64,000 nt of DNA, taken from NCBI GenBank assembly GCA_964019425.1, contig OZ025787.1, forward strand, positions 992,001 through 1,056,000. Reading direction: 5' to 3'. A program made the position numbers and the translations under genes. The notes under the pieces are model-generated. The model searched no databases and was not told the origin of the DNA. It saw only the letters and a program-made list of their open reading frames with translations. This document shows, one piece after another, positions 9,447 to 20,900 of the stretch. Numbering within the stretch: position 1 is the stretch's first letter; each line of letters starts with the position of its first letter. This DNA is from Flectonema sp. DT1601. Taxonomy: Eukaryota.

Positions 9447-10386
9447 TTATACCTTCCTCTGATTCCTGTTGCAAGAATAATAAGGATTTTCTGAGATCAT
9501 TATTACTGTCAGTAGTAGTGAACAAAAAAACCTTCCCTCCATTAGCATGCTGTGTAATAAATTAATTTGAAGTAACACATTTTTATTTATTTCATTGTTG
9601 TTGTCATGAACAGAGTGAACAAAAAGAAACCACACGAGGGGAAGGTGATATTTGGGTCAAGAGAATAAAACCATTACCTATTTAGAATTACCTATTTGGG
9701 TATTTGCCTTAAATCGTGTTTGAGGGAGAGTCGGTCTTTTTTTGTTGACAATTTTTTTTTTTTTTTAATTGTCATTACTACTTGTTCTTTCGTTCTTTTT
9801 TTTTTTTTTTCCCCCGTTTTCGAGTCTCGGATTACCGTAAGGGATGCACGTTGCTAGCCACTGCAAACAAGCGTTAGGAAACAAGGTCTGTACATTTGGC
9901 TCGATGCAAAGGACGGACGTTGGTAGTACAAAAAGGGAAACATCAATGAATTTAAAGTAATTACTGAACATGCTCCAGAGGAATAATGCAACCCAACCAA
10001 AAGGAAAGAAAAATATATAAACACAATCCGAAAACTTTTAAAAAAAAAAAAGGGAATGTAAGAAAAAGAAATATTATTTCTTTTTCTTTTTAACCCATCT
10101 TGCCTAGCACTTGAGATTCATTAACAAGGCTTACTTGAAAAAAAAAAGGGAATCTCAAAACGTATGTTTCAAAACGCTAGTTTTAAAATAAAAAACTTAC
10201 ACCAGAGCTTGTAACACGACCCACGTCCTCTTCGCCTTTTAGCACAACAACGCTAGCAACATAAGTAGAGACCTTAATTGAAAAATGACAAACCGATACC
10301 ACAACACTGAAGTTTGTGTGGTAATTCAGGATTGCTGTGGACAGGTAGATAGACCTGTACACGAAAAAGGGGGGGAAATAGAAGAG

Positions 10387-10424
<38 letters not shown>

Positions 10425-12124
10425 TCAAGAAAGAATCAACAAAAAAATATGTATGACTGGGTCATACAAGTCGATTTCATTTTTTTTTTTTTTTTTTCAA
10501 ATTAAAAAAATTAGCATTTGCCTCCAAACGTCAATTTTCACAGTAGGCAGCGTATCACAGCAAGTTGCTTGCTTGCTCCGTGATTCTGGCTACGATCGGA
10601 AAACCATTGCAAGTTGAAAAAGCAAAAGTGGAAAGGGGAAAAAAAGGGTGCACCAACAAAAACTAGTAGCTCCAAAAAGAAAAAAGGAAAAAAACGATGC
10701 CAAAGTAATTATATTTTCACAAACATCGATCTTATACTCGACCCGATGATATCAACCTAAAAAAGAGAACGGAATTATGAACCATAAGAGGAGACCGTCT
10801 AGGGAAGCGATACACACATCGTCTCGTTTTTTGCTGTAAACAAAGTACTCAATCCGACTAGCTATAATGTCTTCATGTGATGACGAGTTCGAGAATTCAA
10901 AAAAAAAAAATATTTAAAAAAAGACTGTCTCCAGTAAAAGAAAGTGTTCAACCTATCGATGCAACTGAAGGTGCAAAAAAGAGCAAAAGTATTCACACGA
11001 CAGAGAACAAGGAGCATAGCTAGGAGACAGACAGGGGGGGATCTTAACTGACAGTACAAGTAACATCGGACTACGTAGTACTAAAAGCTGAAAGAAACGA
11101 AAATACCTTCACGCAGACAGCAGAACCAGAATAGAAGAAAAAGTGCACGAGAGGGAGAAAGGAAGGACCAAAAAAAACAAAAACAAAGAAAGCCATCAAA
11201 AGTATTAGATAGAGTTCCTGAGGTCATGTAAGTGAAATAACTTTTCACAGGAAAGCGGGACGGCAAAAAAGCAAATCATTGGGTGACCAGCACTCATTTT
11301 CCCACCGAAAAAAATCCTGCTACAAGTCAAGGAAGGCTAACACACCACAAAAAGCAATCAACACACACAAAATCCTGTTGAGATTACCAACAGAGAATAT
11401 GACGTAAAAACACATCAATTTCCCCCTTTTTTTTTTTTTTTAAACGAAATCAATTTATTTCTTGTCTACAACAAGTATTATACGAGTTAAAAGAATGTCG
11501 ACAAACACACCAAAATTGATATTCGTGTGCATACTTTCTTTATATTATTCCTGTTTAGTGCTGTTCATATTAATAGGTGAATCCGTGTAAGACAAGCGGG
11601 AAAAAAAAAGGATTCGTACACTGCTAAACAGAAAATAAAAACACGACAATACTACAACAGCAGCAGAAAATAAAATTGCGTACTAATTTTTTTTAAACAG
11701 AGTGACTAAGAAGAGGGGGTAAAAACTACAACTATTCTTTTTTTTTTTTTTTTTTTGTTTGTTTGTTTGTTAGTTAGTTAGTTAGTTATTTAATCCAACG
11801 TTACTGTATATTATGAGTGCTAGGTAACTCACAGTAACAGAGGACCCAATCCGTAGCCATATCCGAAGATTTCGCATGGATTGTTGAAGTAGCATCGACT
11901 GAAAGATTAATAAATACCAATCTCCAGCTTTCCGCCTCGCCTAGCTTATTAAACTATCGAACTAAAAAAAAAATAAAAAAATAAAAAAAATATAAAATAA
12001 AATAAAATAAAATAAACAAAAAAAAAATTAATAATAAATAAATAAAAATCATCAAAATTAAAACGGGATAGAACAATTACACTGATAATATACTAAAGCA
12101 CTCGTAGAGCATTAACAATTAACG

Positions 12125-15100
12125 CTAGGTTGGCAGCAGCCATTTATTTGAATCGAACCACACTGGATCGATCCGAGTAAATTTAGAAGACCTTATCTTC
12201 TCCAGGAATGAGTTAAAATGTTGGTTTTTGTTTTTATCCGAATTCAAGAAACAGTATAACTCCAAGTCCCACAAATGGTCGTAGACTTTTTCGATTTCAT
12301 TTGCGTTATAAACTTCTGAGATCAGTTTTCTGACTTCCTCCTTACACTTCGAATCAAGTGTGGTAACAGTGGAATGAACGGACAAATATTTGACAAGACG
12401 TTGTCGAGGGACCGCTCGACGTAACGGGAAGCTGTCGTGTAGGCTCCTGAGGTCATTCAAGAGCGATATGAGAGCCAATTGGTTTTCAGTAGCAAAAAAC
12501 TTGTGTAGATGTTGACCCACATCCTCATCTTGATCATTAAATACCATCTGTGGGAAGTGAATTTGAACAAACATCTTAGTCTCCGGACATTTCGATAGTA
12601 AATGGTGAGTATCTGTATCTCTTTTATTACAGAAGAGACAGTTTGATAATCCCTTTCTTGGTTGCTTCACAAGCGGATGGTGTCCAGTCCTGAGGCGGGC
12701 GATTTGCATTTCTCCCTCACGGTTAAGATCCGGGTGGAAGCGTTGAGCACCTCTGCCCATTGTCGATAAAGAGTGCACATGTGATGTACTGCGCTGCTCG
12801 TACCAGTTTCTTCGGATTTTATTATTCACTGAACATTGGGTCATCCTGTAGTCAAACTTGACCACTGTTAAGGGAATAGCAGAAGCCGCTGCTTTGTTGG
12901 CGAGAGAATCGGCCATTTCATTTCCGATGATCCCACAGTGTGAGGGGACAAATTGTAGGGTGATCGGACGCTGGAGCAGCGATATTCTCCTAAATAATTC
13001 GGCATTAGTCGCTGAATGTTGCTTCAGATGTCCACGCTCAAGACTTCGAAGTGCTGACTGACTATCCGTGATTATATTAATCCTCCCACTTGGCAGGCAA
13101 GACGAATACTTTTCAATCAAATTCACTGCTGATAACAGAGCCTGTTGCTCGGCATTATAAATCATCAGAGATGGGTCGTAACGATGTATTTCTTTGATGC
13201 ATCTCTTTCCAAAGATTAAAACTGCTGCATTACCACAATGGTAGTTACTTTCTTTATCTTGGAAGTAGGATGCATCTGTATACAGCGAGGCCACTGACTT
13301 TGGGAGGGTCTTAATTTTTCCAAGTGCAGCTAACAAATTCTTGCATGGGTCCATGGACTTACGGAAATCTGCCCAGGAATTGATAATAACATCCGGGGGT
13401 GGTCCCCAAGGAGTCTGGTGATGCGGTAGGCAGAGCATTGATCTTTCATTAGGGGTCACATAAGTCTTGGCATGGGGTTCTGCGTAGAGTTTCCACGAGC
13501 TAGACTTTTCAGGGTGAACCAACGACCGAGTCGGGCAATCGTCTGGGAGCCTCAGGAAACGTTCGTAGGATAAAGCCAGGACTTTAGCCACGTGTAGTTT
13601 GAACGGGGGAATACTAGATTCTACCGATAATGCAGTTGAGGAGGTCGATTTTGAGCATCCCGTCAGTCTTAGTTGAAGTGAACGAAGTGTATTCTCAATA
13701 AGTTTCAAAGAATTCTGCTTGATATAGGGTGCATAAGAAGCTAGTCCGTAATAGGCCCTAGAGAGGATCAGCCCATAGATTGTTTGTCGGAGAACTTCCG
13801 TTTTGATTTTAAAAGATGAAACTATCGAAATCAAGCCGATTCCCCGCTTTAGGGTATTTGATAGGTGAGCTAACTGCGATGTAAAAGATAAATCATCGTC
13901 GATAATTATGCCTAGATACCGCGACTGCGACACACGCCTTAGAGGGATTGCAGCCTTTAGAACGAAAGAACCCTTTGGCGTCCTTTGTGAAAGTTGAGAG
14001 CGGGTCTCAAGGTAGTTACCATTAATTGCAAGTGGGTATACCGGTCCTGTTTTGAAATTGAGCAGAGCTGCGGCACCATCATCCTGATGTATCCTGATGA
14101 AGTCGGCAGAGCCACGGGGAAGGTCGATATCGTCCACCGTAGAGGGAAAATAAAGTCTTGGAAGTCTACAAATACTTCTGTCTGAGAAACGTCCTCCGAA
14201 TGCCAAAAATTCAGTCTTGTTCAGAGAGAGGGACATTGCTGAATCAGCGAGCCAGTTCTCCACTTGTCCTATGGCATTGTTCGCCTTGGATTCCAAATCA
14301 CTAACCGAAGAGCCACTAACAAACACTGTCAAGTCATCCGCGTATAACAGCTTTAAATCGGCTGTGATGGCATCCGGTAGGGAGTTCACGTACACACGGA
14401 ATAAGAGCGGTCCTAGAATACTGCCTTGTGGGACCCCCTTTTTGCAAGAAATCGGGCCTGTACGGTTATGGCCGTGGAGAAGATGCGCTACTCGGTCCGA
14501 GAGGAAATTACCAATCCACCTTACATAAGGGACTGGGATGAGTGTTGTAAGCCTACTCATTAGAATATGGTGATCCACATTATCAAACGCACCCGAGATA
14601 TCGAAGAAAATCATCGTTGCACATTTCTCATAATTGTTTTTAACTTCAGCTGCAGCTTCGATCATAACGGCTATATTTTCCTCCGCTGACCTACCAGGAA
14701 CAAACCCAGATTGTTTAGGGTCTAGTTTAGAAATCAGCAGATGTTCTAATCTAAAATGGACAAGGGATTCAATGAATTTAGCAACTACTGAGGTCAATGA
14801 GATAGGACGATAGGAGGCGGCATCAGTCGGGTCCTTTTTGCTACCTTTTAGAATAGGGAGAACATGTGCTACTTTCAAACATTTCGGGAAGGTTCCTCTC
14901 TGGAAAGACCAGTTTGCAATACGTAGGAGAACTTCCTTAGCCATATCTCCAAAATGATAAATCATGTTGTTACTTATAGAATCCGGACCGGAGCCGTCAG
15001 ACTTTTTCAAAGAATTAAAAACTGCTTGGGCCTCTGCCATTGTAAAAGGAGAGCAACTGGGTTCTGAAAAATCCACCTTTGAAGTATGCGGAATAAGCAA

Positions 15101-16249
15101 GGGACGATTGTCAGAAGAATCAGGGAAAAAGCGACGTTTGAGCGCTCCGACGTTCACCTGCGGGGTCTCAATAACCGTTGACTCTCCTTTCAGTTCTCGT
15201 AATTTCTTATAAGTCCAGCTAAAGCCCTTCTTACAACCGTCGATTAGAATAAGTTCAGGGTCCAAATGGCGATGTTTGCGTTTAACCCGGAAAGATTCTT
15301 TGTGCCACTTATTTGGAAGAGTATCAATCGCAACAGATTCTATTGTTCGAACAAAACTGTCACAGAGTTTATTTAAAGATCGTATCCTTTTAAGTCTAAA
15401 ACAATGGGAGTCAAGTTGTGCGGAGAAGGAGGACCAATGAGATTCCGTAAAACTGTTTTTGAACCATATACGATGAGCCGGAATAGCTACCGGTACAGTG
15501 AGGGGAGTCACATTAAAATCTGCAACAATTGGGGTATGATCGGAATTAACTTGCCCAGCATCAATCTGCAGCGAACGCAGACACTTGAACTGCGGCGAGT
15601 GCAATAATAAATCGGGCGTTGTACCATGAGCAGGAATAGAAGGAGCCAGAGGTTCAATAGCTAATCCATTATTTATAATCCATTCATTTACTATCCTTCC
15701 TGAAGAGACGCACCCCTTAGGAATTCGACGCGACCAAGATTCATGATGTGCATTGAAATCACCTACTGCTAGATCCCCCAAAAACATAGAAGAGGGCAGC
15801 TGGCACACCTTCGGTGGGATGTAAATATTAAAAGTTCTAAATATGCCCATGGAAGTCGAGAAACTGCAATGGATAACCTCAACAGCGGATGGATGCTTAC
15901 CTACTTCTAATTGGACCGTACCAAGAGACTTTTTGAAATAAGAAAGAAGTCCACCGCCTCCCATTTTAGAAGAGTCGCACCTATCACGGCGGAATAATGA
16001 ATATCCTGTAATACCAAGTTGATCATCGGTTACGTCTGCTTTCAACCAAGTTTCCTGGAGGTGGATAATATCAGGGTCGTGAGCTTCGATAATAGCATCG
16101 AGATGTGAACGCGATGTTTTATAAGCTCTCATATTCCATGAGAGTACCCTAAGAGGCCCAGGATTAGGGTGGATCCCTGAGCGTAAGAGGTTAATACGGG
16201 CTGTTACTGTTTCATGAAATATGTTGTCAGGAATGGGAGCGATTGATTG
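12125..16249 (-). CDS. Retrotransposon ORF2: apurinic endonuclease, reverse transcriptase, RNase H, C-terminal zinc knuckle
   Basis: APE: LRVLSWN, LQETW, GDFNAHH, SDH. RT: YRPISLTS, QSGF, DISGAFD, GVPQGSILGPLLF, YADD, YLG. RNase H: YTDAS, AEQQA, TDSQS, VPSHCGIIGNEMADSLA. Knuckle: CLFC..HLLSKC. The frame is open for 39 codons upstream of the first ATG (16132), right to the ORF1 stop. Confidence 0.96.
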   Translation of the reverse strand, partial: QSIAPIPDNIFHETVTARINLLRSGIHPNPGPLRVLSWNMRAYKTSRSHLDAIIEAHDPDIIHLQETWLKADVTDDQLGITGYSLFRRDRCDSSKMGGGGLLSYFKKSLGTVQLEVGKHPSAVEVIHCSFSTSMGIFRTFNIYIPPKVCQLPSSMFLGDLAVGDFNAHHESWSRRIPKGCVSSGRIVNEWIINNGLAIEPLAPSIPAHGTTPDLLLHSPQFKCLRSLQIDAGQVNSDHTPIVADFNVTPLTVPVAIPAHRIWFKNSFTESHWSSFSAQLDSHCFRLKRIRSLNKLCDSFVRTIESVAIDTLPNKWHKESFRVKRKHRHLDPELILIDGCKKGFSWTYKKLRELKGESTVIETPQVNVGALKRRFFPDSSDNRPLLIPHTSKVDFSEPSCSPFTMAEAQAVFNSLKKSDGSGPDSISNNMIYHFGDMAKEVLLRIANWSFQRGTFPKCLKVAHVLPILKGSKKDPTDAASYRPISLTSVVAKFIESLVHFRLEHLLISKLDPKQSGFVPGRSAEENIAVMIEAAAEVKNNYEKCATMIFFDISGAFDNVDHHILMSRLTTLIPVPYVRWIGNFLSDRVAHLLHGHNRTGPISCKKGVPQGSILGPLLFRVYVNSLPDAITADLKLLYADDLTVFVSGSSVSDLESKANNAIGQVENWLADSAMSLSLNKTEFLAFGGRFSDRSICRLPRLYFPSTVDDIDLPRGSADFIRIHQDDGAAALLNFKTGPVYPLAINGNYLETRSQLSQRTPKGSFVLKAAIPLRRVSQSRYLGIIIDDDLSFTSQLAHLSNTLKRGIGLISIVSSFKIKTEVLRQTIYGLILSRAYYGLASYAPYIKQNSLKLIENTLRSLQLRLTGCSKSTSSTALSVESSIPPFKLHVAKVLALSYERFLRLPDDCPTRSLVHPEKSSSWKLYAEPHAKTYVTPNERSMLCLPHHQTPWGPPPDVIINSWADFRKSMDPCKNLLAALGKIKTLPKSVASLYTDASYFQDKESNYHCGNAAVLIFGKRCIKEIHRYDPSLMIYNAEQQALLSAVNLIEKYSSCLPSGRINIITDSQSALRSLERGHLKQHSATNAELFRRISLLQRPITLQFVPSHCGIIGNEMADSLANKAAASAIPLTVVKFDYRMTQCSVNNKIRRNWYEQRSTSHVHSLSTMGRGAQRFHPDLNREGEMQIARLRTGHHPLVKQPRKGLSNCLFCNKRDTDTHHLLSKCPETKMFVQIHFPQMVFNDQDEDVGQHLHKFFATENQLALISLLNDLRSLHDSFPLRRAVPRQRLVKYLSVHSTVTTLDSKCKEEVRKLISEVYNANEIEKVYDHLWDLELYCFLNSDKNKNQHFNSFLEKIRSSKFTRIDPVWFDSNKWLLPT
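16154..16189 (-). other. 2A-like (StopGo) peptide motif LLRSGIHPNPG|P
   Basis: In-frame translation reads ...TARINLLRSGIHPNPGPLRVLSWNM. It lies immediately before the APE domain, where 2A-like motifs occur in L1Tc/ingi-type elements. It deviates from canonical D[V/I]ExNPGP. Confidence 0.75.
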
Positions 16250-16252
16250 CTA
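16244..16252 (-). promoter_or_regulatory. Stop-codon readthrough signal UAG-CAA-UCA (UAG-CAR-YYA type)
   Basis: The ORF1 stop TAG (16252-16250) is followed by CAA TCA, in frame with ORF2. This matches the tobamovirus-type leaky-stop consensus. Confidence 0.75.
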
Positions 16253-17959
16253 CTGGGCTGACTGGTTGTGCTTCAGTTGAGCCGCCATATCAGCGTGAGA
16301 GTTGGCCCGAGGGCGCTGGTCGGTGGAATCTCTACCGCTGCGGCGTTCGCGATCTTTGTTGGATTTACCCAGTTTATCTCTAAGTTTCTGATTTGCTTCT
16401 TTCTCCGCGGCCAGTTCCCTTCGTAATCCATCTATGGTAAGGTTGAGCGTCTGCAGTTGCTGCATGATCTCAGCATTGGAAGGCTCAGAGGGCTGACTAG
16501 GGAGTTGTAAAGGGGTTCCAATCGGCGTGTCAATAGGTGTTTTGTAACACTGGCTGTTATTATCCATTGCCACATCCCCATCCGACTTTCCCAAGGCCGG
16601 GAAATCTTTCTGCGTTGGAAGTGTTGAAGACACAGCATTCACTGTGATGAAGAAGTCATCAGCCCACAGGACCGAGCTGGGAGGCGACGTCCGTGCCACT
16701 ACTATACAATGACTAGACCTCATGTTCGTCTTCGAATTTTTCCTGCTGAAGTGGGTACAGGTCGAAATTTCCCAACCATGGCTATTACAGATTTGCCATA
16801 GTTGGCTCCGAGAAAGGCGGCCCACATGATCACCAGAGATTCTGTATTTATCTCCTACCGGTGGAGCAGGACATGCAAGCTCTCCAAGCGATGAACGTGT
16901 TTGGTCAGTCATTGATGCCGAACAGATTATTCCTAGTTTGTTTGTACCACGTAAGAAAGTCACCGGAGAGTTGAGGGACTTCCCGATGTTTTTCGCCTGC
17001 TGAAGATCGTTTGTCTGTAGCATGATGATGCTTAATTTTGCATCTATACTGTCCTGGGTAAATTTCGGCAATGTGACAAAATACCCGTCTGGGCCGTTGA
17101 CTGTGACCTCCAACGACAGCTTGTGAACGCGCGTACACGGAATTCGCATGTTCACCGTTCTAATTTTATTAGAGGTTTCCCTCTGTTTTGATGGCCACAC
17201 CAGGTGACTGTCGATCTCTTCGCCGAACGCACTGAGGTATGCTGCTCGTGCGCGTGTCATCAGAAAGTCCGGAGTGACTTCCACCTTCTCAGCAAAATAA
17301 GATTTATGCGCGTGAAATAACACTACGCAATTTTTAACGTTTCTCTCAGACTTCTGTTGGGTTCTGAGAGGGGCTTTCGTGCTGCCGTAGGACGAGATCC
17401 AACCAGTACGCGACGACGTTTTTCCGTTGATGATTATTGGAAAAGTCAGCCGAGTGCTACCTTCCAACTGTTTGTGAGTGATGACTGAAAAGTCACCTTG
17501 TTTGCGAGACGCCAGGACTGCGTCTGCTGGGTTACAAATAAAAATACCAGAGGTATTGCTAATACTTGAGAAGGCTGTCGTAGCAGTGACAACCGGTAAA
17601 ACCCAGTCTTCTGGTCGTAAAGTGATGTTCTGCCATGAAGGTGGCAGAGTTTTTAACGGAGGTGTCTTAATCAGCGGGGTCTTAATCTGCTGGGTCGACT
17701 TCGTATCAGGCTTCTTCGCCATATTCAGTAAGGCGCCATAGTATCCGTCCTTCTTACCCGGAGCAATGGCTGATCTCTTCGCTGAGCTTTCTATTTTTTG
17801 CGGACCTCTAACTTTTTGCCACTTGGCTTCTGTTTTTTCCGCCTCTCCCTTCTTCTTCTTCGTTCTCTTCTTCTCAACACTCAGTTCCTCACTCAGGAAT
17901 TTCCTGAAGAGGGACAACAATCGGGCCTCATCAAGAGACCCGACCGGCTGTACTTTCAT
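16250..17959 (-). CDS. Retrotransposon ORF1 (569 aa; basic N-terminus, C-terminal coiled coil)
   Basis: Intact ORF directly upstream of and in frame with ORF2. Coiled coil IMQQLQTLNLTIDGLRRELAAEKEANQKLRDKL. No CCHC knuckle seen. Confidence 0.9.
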   Translation of the reverse strand: MKVQPVGSLDEARLLSLFRKFLSEELSVEKKRTKKKKGEAEKTEAKWQKVRGPQKIESSAKRSAIAPGKKDGYYGALLNMAKKPDTKSTQQIKTPLIKTPPLKTLPPSWQNITLRPEDWVLPVVTATTAFSSISNTSGIFICNPADAVLASRKQGDFSVITHKQLEGSTRLTFPIIINGKTSSRTGWISSYGSTKAPLRTQQKSERNVKNCVVLFHAHKSYFAEKVEVTPDFLMTRARAAYLSAFGEEIDSHLVWPSKQRETSNKIRTVNMRIPCTRVHKLSLEVTVNGPDGYFVTLPKFTQDSIDAKLSIIMLQTNDLQQAKNIGKSLNSPVTFLRGTNKLGIICSASMTDQTRSSLGELACPAPPVGDKYRISGDHVGRLSRSQLWQICNSHGWEISTCTHFSRKNSKTNMRSSHCIVVARTSPPSSVLWADDFFITVNAVSSTLPTQKDFPALGKSDGDVAMDNNSQCYKTPIDTPIGTPLQLPSQPSEPSNAEIMQQLQTLNLTIDGLRRELAAEKEANQKLRDKLGKSNKDRERRSGRDSTDQRPRANSHADMAAQLKHNQSAQ

Positions 17960-20900
17960 TTTAGGGGTTGTGTTGGGAAATCAATAGTTTGATCGTTAAC
18001 GAAAACGAGAAGCCAATAATATAATTCAACACTTTTCACCTCATAATTAGTTTTGCAATATGAAGTTACAAAATAAATACGATCACTGCCTACTAAGTGA
18101 TCACGCAATTTCTCTGTCGTGAGCAACTGTGAAACTCTCACAGACGATAAGAGACAATAAAAAAAAACAAATACTCCTTTTATGTAAAATAAAAGGAAAG
18201 AGAGACGATCATTAATAATCCGAATCCAGGAAAAATACCACGAGATAGCAGTAATCACGAGATAGCAGTAATTTGGTACAGTAATTTTCATTGGGCTTTG
18301 AATCGGAGATAGGTTGCTGAATTGTTAGTTGGGAATGTATTAAATGAAATAAACAAAACTCAAAGATAAGATGAGAGTTATGCAAATGGGGAGGAAAAAG
18401 GGAAATAAAAGTCGTGTTGGTGTTCATCTCACCCAAACAGAATTTCTGCTACTCACCAAGACAACTCCTTAATAAGGCTTAGCCTGTGCAGACAATTCTT
18501 CCAACCAAACAACAGATTGGCAGGTAAAAATCATTTAAAAAAGAAAATTAAGTTTTTCGACTCGTTCTTCGGACACGTAAAGGTACGGAATGAGTAAGCT
18601 CTACCAATGGACTTTGCAAGTTGTCAAAATTATGTACAAATAGTACTTAGCATAGGCAAGAAAAGGAAGAACGAAGCGCTAAACAGATATACCTTTACCA
18701 GTCAAAAATAGCCGGGCAGATTTTTTTTTAAACACTTTTCCAGCAATTTGTAAATACAACAAATGTTAAAAGGGATCTTTTTTTTTTTTTTTTTTGAATG
18801 GATACCAACAAAAGAAGAGAGAGAAAAAAAACAAAAGAAAAGGGAAACGAAATCAAATTAGTTTGAGAAAAGTCTCAAGAAAAACTCTACTGCAATATAA
18901 TTTCCTTTACAGGAACGGAACCAGATGCGTTCTCAGTTTGAGAGAAACACAGATTTGAACAAGCCTTTGTTTTTGATGCCATCAGGATCAATATCGTTAT
19001 CTTGAACGGGAAAGTTGTAGCAATAGATTACCTCTCGAGGCATCTCATAAGGATAATTGAGTGCGAGCATCGCTTTGCTGCGACTCATAATGAAAATCAA
19101 AAAGAGTGGCGCGAGATGATCACATCTTTCGAGACTGTGAACTCACCAAGAGATATCTTGGAATACCAATATTGTAAAAAAAGGAACGAAATAAACCAAC
19201 GTACGACTGACTAAAAGAATGTGTCAGTTGTCACCCAAACAGTACTACAATACAATAATGATATTCTGATCTAAGTTGTCACCTTGATAAGGCGGATCGC
19301 TAAGAACCTTTTCTCGGACCCTCTGTGACTATTAGTTTACATAATTTCCATAACAATAATTAAAAAAAACTACATATTCGGGAGAAAATTAAGGAAAGCA
19401 GTCATTTGCTAGGCCAGTAAGAAATTTTCTTGGACCTGTGCGGGATTAAAAGATTAAAATGTAAAAAGAAAAAAATAGTGTTCTTTAAAATGGTATAATG
19501 ACGGTTGCTTATTGGTTCCTTCTTTTTCTTTTTTTTTTTTCTAATAAAGAGAAGGAAGCATTAGCAGTAAGATAATATGTGTTGAAGAAAAATCATCAGC
19601 AGAATTTATTTAGCGGGGAGGGAGAAAGTTTTTTTTTTTCTTTTTTTTTATATTGTAATTCTCTAACAAAGAAACTTAAAAATGAAAAGTTCTTGAGAAA
19701 GAGAGATAAAAAAACGCGAAAACAAGTATAACTAAACCAACGGCGAAAGAATATTTGCACAGGCTAGAAAAATGCAAAACTGATTACGAGGATTTTTGAT
19801 ATTACATACAACTAAAAAAGCATCAGAAACAAACATGCCAAAGGTAAATTAGCTTATCGCCCTAAGGTGTATCCAAGAGAACTTCACACGCTAAGCTGTG
19901 TTAAGATCAATCGCTAATCCAGTAAACAATTATAGATTACAGAAAACCTTAAAGGCTGCTGTCGACAGCATGATGTCCTTAACGCAGTTGTAAGTACATA
20001 ACAACACATAATCTATATCAAGCTATCTTCTCCGGTGTGTGGCGAAACAAAAAGGAGTGAACGCACTTTATACAAAAAGTATATAAAGTAAAATTCGAAC
20101 AAAACTTTTGTTTTTGAAAAGCACACATGGAAGGAGAGGATCCGCAAATGTAATAATAAAAATGAACAAGCACCCGAGAGTTTCTTGATTCAGGTTTTGT
20201 ATACAAGCACGTTGGAGGCTGCGTGTTGACACAAAATGTTTGATCATACACACAAGAAGTTAGTACTAGTAAGCCCAGAACTGATGCCTGCAGGGGTCTA
20301 GGTAACCCGCACCAGTAGCCAGATCGCAGAAATCGTGTTTTTATAGCTTCGGTCGGAAGGATCGACTCCCAGCTTTCCGCCTTGTCCTGAACTAACAAGC
20401 TGAAAACAAAAAAAAACAGAAAATGATGGGGAAGGAGGAGAGTTGAGAGTAATAAATAAAATATCTTTGAATTAACCACATGCGCACCACGAAAATAAGA
20501 AAACCGAAACAGGACCGAACCGGGTACACCCCTAATTGCCCCAAGCATTAATGTTGCAAGGGTTACCCTAAAAGAAGTACCTCAAAAATTGGACACGAAT
20601 AATTATACCAGTCCAGTAAGAATACGAATTTATTATAAGATAGTGCACTAAATCAAAATATTAAAAAGAAAAGTTATAAAAAAAACACCTTGTGCTGCTG
20701 TCTCATAAAACACTGTGGCCTTAATCTTATTTCCTAGGCCTTCAGTAAGTTCTGGGGATTACTTCTTTTCAGCTTTTTGATAAATCAGATTTATCAATAT
20801 CTATTTCAAAGCACAGCAAGAAATAAAACAAAAAAAAAGTTCAGATGAGACGGTCAGTTTAAGGTCTGCACTAACTAACTAAACTGAAGAATAGCAAACA

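Larger units (their letters stand above)
11738..18000 (-). mobile_element. Non-LTR retrotransposon, I/Ingi group (ORF1 + APE-RT-RNase H-CCHC ORF2); 5' boundary approximate
   Basis: Two intact ORFs, a ~340-nt 3' UTR and a 3' tail (TAAC)n(AAAC)n-poly(A) at 11738-11788 on the minus strand. No target-site duplication confidently identified. Confidence 0.93.

Noticed and set aside
16250..16252. Genome-wide UAG reassignment as the explanation for the in-frame stop
   Set aside because: TAG terminates other genes here (e.g. at 12125, 40108 and 59527) and long host ORFs contain no internal TAG.
17960..18600. HDV-like ribozyme / Pr77-type signature at the LINE 5' end
   Set aside because: I could not find the expected GC-rich nested pseudoknot by eye; a descriptor search is needed.
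19362..19380. Possible target-site duplication (aaaaactacatattc versus aaaaactacaactattc at 11721-11737)
   Set aside because: It needs a 2-nt gap, is low-complexity and would imply a 1.4-kb 5' UTR; it cannot be supported without other copies.
20018..20548. 176-aa minus-strand ORF and other short ORFs in 18.5-34.5 kb and 49-52 kb
   Set aside because: They are dominated by homopolymer-derived Phe/Lys runs or non-ATG starts and show no domain motifs.
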